This document shows positions 34,744 to 37,233 of a stretch of 37,233 nt of DNA, one piece after another. The translations under genes and the position numbers were made by a program. Position 1 is the first letter of the stretch. Every line of letters begins with the position of its first letter. The notes under the pieces are model-generated. The model did no database searches and was not told the DNA's origin. It saw nothing but the letters and a program-made list of their open reading frames with translations. The stretch is from a virus (lineage: Duplodnaviria > Caudoviricetes): the IMG/VR virus record IMGVR_UViG_3300032212_000077, positions 1 to 37,233 of that record. The stretch is one strand, 5' to 3'.

Positions 34744-36443
34744 ACATAAAAAATCTCACTAGATTTATAAGCAGAAGTATCCCCACCCTTAGCTCTCCAA
34801 ATTAGATATTGAGCAAATGACATTAATAAACCTACTATACCATCAACTTTGCCTGACTTATTCCTATTAACTTTTTTATAACCGTCCGTATCTGTGTATA
34901 GTGCGACATTAGACATCATCCACCGCACAATGGGGCTTATGTCATATTCTATCAATCCAAGCTCTATAAGGCTTTCTATCTCTGTAATTGGGGCATTCAT
35001 TACCGTAGTCGTTTGGCTCAAAGGGTTTAATTCTAATCCATCATCTGTTAAGTCTGACACTATTCTGGTTGAAAACTTTCTATCATACCCTGTCCCCTGT
35101 AAATCAAAATATTCCGAATCTTTTAGTATATCTTTTCTGATATAAGCATAGTCTATCACATTGCCAGGCGTTAAAGTAATCAATCCTTTTGCGGCCCAAT
35201 CTCTATAAGGTGCTTTATGTTCTCGCTCTAGGTTTTCAATATTATCCTCTGGTAAGTATAGAGTTATCTTAAACTTAAATGGCTCCCCATCTTCTATTGG
35301 TGGAATTAATACGGCCCAAGCTGATAAATCAAATTTGCTAGATAAATCTAAACCACCAAAAGCTAAACGATTTTGTAAACCTTTCCAATCAATAGGCTTT
35401 TGTAGCTTTTTCCATTTTTCATCTGTCACCCATGAACTAATGGAAGATACCCAAAAATTGAGATGTCTAGTTTTCCAGTAGTTTAACTTTGATACTCCTA
35501 AATTCTTTGCCGCTTGACAGCTAGATATTAAATTCTCTAAACTTACCCCTCCAACAATCCCTAAAGAAGGATTCGCCATGGGCCATAAATTAGGGTCTTC
35601 CCATTTGTCACCTTCTAAGTATTCATCATCTAAAGTATAAATCATTGACAATAAGGTGTCATCCTCTTTTATTCCCTTTAGAACATCAATGCAGCTATTT
35701 CTATATTGATAACAATAAGACCCAAGCGAACTCCCCGCTGTAGTGATTATAAACAACAATGGTTGTGAACGGGCCACCATGGAAGTTTCTATGTTTTCCA
35801 CTTGTGAACCGTCTTTATGTGCGTGTAATTCGTCTACAATGCCGCAATGTGTATTAATACCTTCTGCACTAAGTGAGTCTTTCGATAAGAAAGTGACAAA
35901 GCTATTAGATTCGTGTGAAAAGATTCGTGTAGAATTAGGAGCAGGAATGGTACGTCTAACACTAGCTGACTCCATTCGCATCATTTTAACCATTTCAGCC
36001 ATAACATTAAAACAGATTTTAGCCTGTTTTTCAACTTTGGCAGCAATGTAAGTCTCTGCTCCGTTTTCTCCATCAAAGAAAGTCATTAGGTTTCCTACAC
36101 CCCCTGCATATTCTGTCTTACCATTCTTTTTTGGCACTTCTACATAAACTGTACGTACTAACCTTTTTTTTGTAGCCTTTACTTTCCACCCAAAAGTGTA
36201 GTATAAAATAAATTCTTGCCAACCTAATAATTGAAAAAGCGCTTTAGCTGCATCCCCTTTGGTGTGTCTAAACCTTTTAAAGGTGTCAATTGCTTCAGCT
36301 GCTGCATCTTCATCGAAATAAATACCCTTCTCTTCTGAATGCTCCAATAGATAAAGATGCTTTTCAATCGACATCTTTATATTTTTACAAACTAAGATGT
36401 TGTCATTTATAACATCCTCAATGTATTTTTTGGCTTGAATCAT
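34740..36443 (-). CDS. terL: Terminase large subunit
   Basis: WQEF, VPKKNGKT Walker A, IVDELH Walker B, ITTAG, ANPSLG, GLDLS, KVDG. Confidence 0.96.
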   Translation of the reverse strand: MIQAKKYIEDVINDNILVCKNIKMSIEKHLYLLEHSEEKGIYFDEDAAAEAIDTFKRFRHTKGDAAKALFQLLGWQEFILYYTFGWKVKATKKRLVRTVYVEVPKKNGKTEYAGGVGNLMTFFDGENGAETYIAAKVEKQAKICFNVMAEMVKMMRMESASVRRTIPAPNSTRIFSHESNSFVTFLSKDSLSAEGINTHCGIVDELHAHKDGSQVENIETSMVARSQPLLFIITTAGSSLGSYCYQYRNSCIDVLKGIKEDDTLLSMIYTLDDEYLEGDKWEDPNLWPMANPSLGIVGGVSLENLISSCQAAKNLGVSKLNYWKTRHLNFWVSSISSWVTDEKWKKLQKPIDWKGLQNRLAFGGLDLSSKFDLSAWAVLIPPIEDGEPFKFKITLYLPEDNIENLEREHKAPYRDWAAKGLITLTPGNVIDYAYIRKDILKDSEYFDLQGTGYDRKFSTRIVSDLTDDGLELNPLSQTTTVMNAPITEIESLIELGLIEYDISPIVRWMMSNVALYTDTDGYKKVNRNKSGKVDGIVGLLMSFAQYLIWRAKGGDTSAYKSSEIFYV

Positions 36444-36664
36444 AAAAGCTTAAATAAAAAGTAAATTAATCCTATGTTGAAAATTATCTCAATCAAGTGA
36501 AGTAGAATAAGCAGGTTGTTATATCGCTTTATTTTACAATACAATTTCATTGCTCTTTTGTATTGACCCAAACTAAGCCCCCCGTTTATCCTATTCTTTT
36601 CAACTAGTTTAAAAAAGTCTCTTTTTTTACGTAGATATATTTTTTCAACTCTTTTAAAAATCAT
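36440..36664 (-). CDS. Small membrane protein between terS and terL
   Basis: Basic N-terminus, hydrophobic C-terminus; 4-nt overlaps on both sides. Confidence 0.6.
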   Translation of the reverse strand: MIFKRVEKIYLRKKRDFFKLVEKNRINGGLSLGQYKRAMKLYCKIKRYNNLLILLHLIEIIFNIGLIYFLFKLL

Positions 36665-37152
36665 CCTACTTTTTTTAATTTATTTTCGAATGGGTCAACT
36701 GGCTTCGATTCTTTATTTGAATCCTTCAAAGGTTTAACCCGTTCTGCAAAACTGGCTAAATCCTCTCTTGCCTTTATTGTTAATCCAAGCTGCTTATTAG
36801 CATCTTTTAGAAACTCTCTTTCTCCTTTCAAAGCATTATAGTACCCACTCGTATTAGTAGCCCCACTTTGGTAGATTTGAACTAATCCCTCTTTATTGGT
36901 CACTCTGGTGTATTTTGCTACATTCCACATTGACACCGCTACCTGAGAGACATAAAAAGAGTCAATATTTTGCAATAAACTATGATCATTGATGTGTTCA
37001 CAAATCCTTTTATAAATCTTAACCTGGGCAGGATTCAAATAGGATTCATGTTTAGGTATATCAATTTTCTTTTTTGGTAAGGCCATTTCTGGTCTGTCTG
37101 CTCTTTCTGTTCCTTCTAACTTTTTTTGCTCTGCTGTTTTCTTTTTACCCAT
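36661..37152 (-). CDS. terS: Terminase small subunit, P27 family
   Basis: KKLEGT.R.DR...QLGLTIKAR...DPF. Confidence 0.88.
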   Translation of the reverse strand: MGKKKTAEQKKLEGTERADRPEMALPKKKIDIPKHESYLNPAQVKIYKRICEHINDHSLLQNIDSFYVSQVAVSMWNVAKYTRVTNKEGLVQIYQSGATNTSGYYNALKGEREFLKDANKQLGLTIKAREDLASFAERVKPLKDSNKESKPVDPFENKLKKVG

Positions 37153-37233
37153 GGTGATTATTTATTTTGATAAAGTAAATTTTTATTGTTATATCCCCCC
37201 ACTCTCTAAAAAGTGACAAGACAAAAAGTTTGT

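Larger units (their letters stand above)
1..37233 (-). mobile_element. Temperate HK97-like siphovirus genome, probably near-complete, likely Bacteroidota host
   Basis: Packaging, head, tail, immunity, recombination, replication and integrase modules are all present in canonical order. No flanking host housekeeping genes. Confidence 0.93.

Noticed and set aside
36-37152. Alternative genetic code (stop-codon reassignment)
   Set aside because: Core genes are full length and densely packed under the standard bacterial code.
37209-37220. AAAAGTGACAAG shared with 15733-15744
   Set aside because: A single 12-bp AT-rich match is expected by chance in 37 kb.

Overview
The window looks like a near-complete ~37 kb temperate siphovirus genome with HK97-type head genes, almost all on the minus strand. 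A Bacteroidota host is suggested by TAnnTTTG promoter boxes, A-rich leaders mostly lacking Shine-Dalgarno sites, and Gln-after-cleavage signal peptides. Minus-strand gene order: terS, terL, an antirepressor/secreted-protein insert, portal, protease, capsid, head-tail genes, tail tube, frameshifted tail chaperone, tape measure, one large tail protein, five consecutive signal-peptide proteins (one fibre-like), and a holin-like gene with no recognisable endolysin. A divergent repressor/Cro-like switch follows. The early operon carries a Gly-Tyr/Gly-Asp repeat protein, a ~620 bp non-coding hairpin array with a tRNA-like element, an annealing protein and exonuclease, an initiator with iterons, DnaB, a VRR-NUC nuclease, a truncated RuvA, a C5 methyltransferase, a large serine integrase and an HNH nuclease. 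Most notable: (1) the exported-protein block in the tail/lysis position; (2) a candidate small-RNA array with anti-start-codon (UCAU) seeds; (3) a tmRNA-3'-end-like attP plus terminator hidden antisense inside the integrase gene; (4) a C4/CI-like antisense switch on the antirepressor; (5) RuvA lacking domain III. All calls come from reading the sequence by eye; no database searches or folding programs were run.
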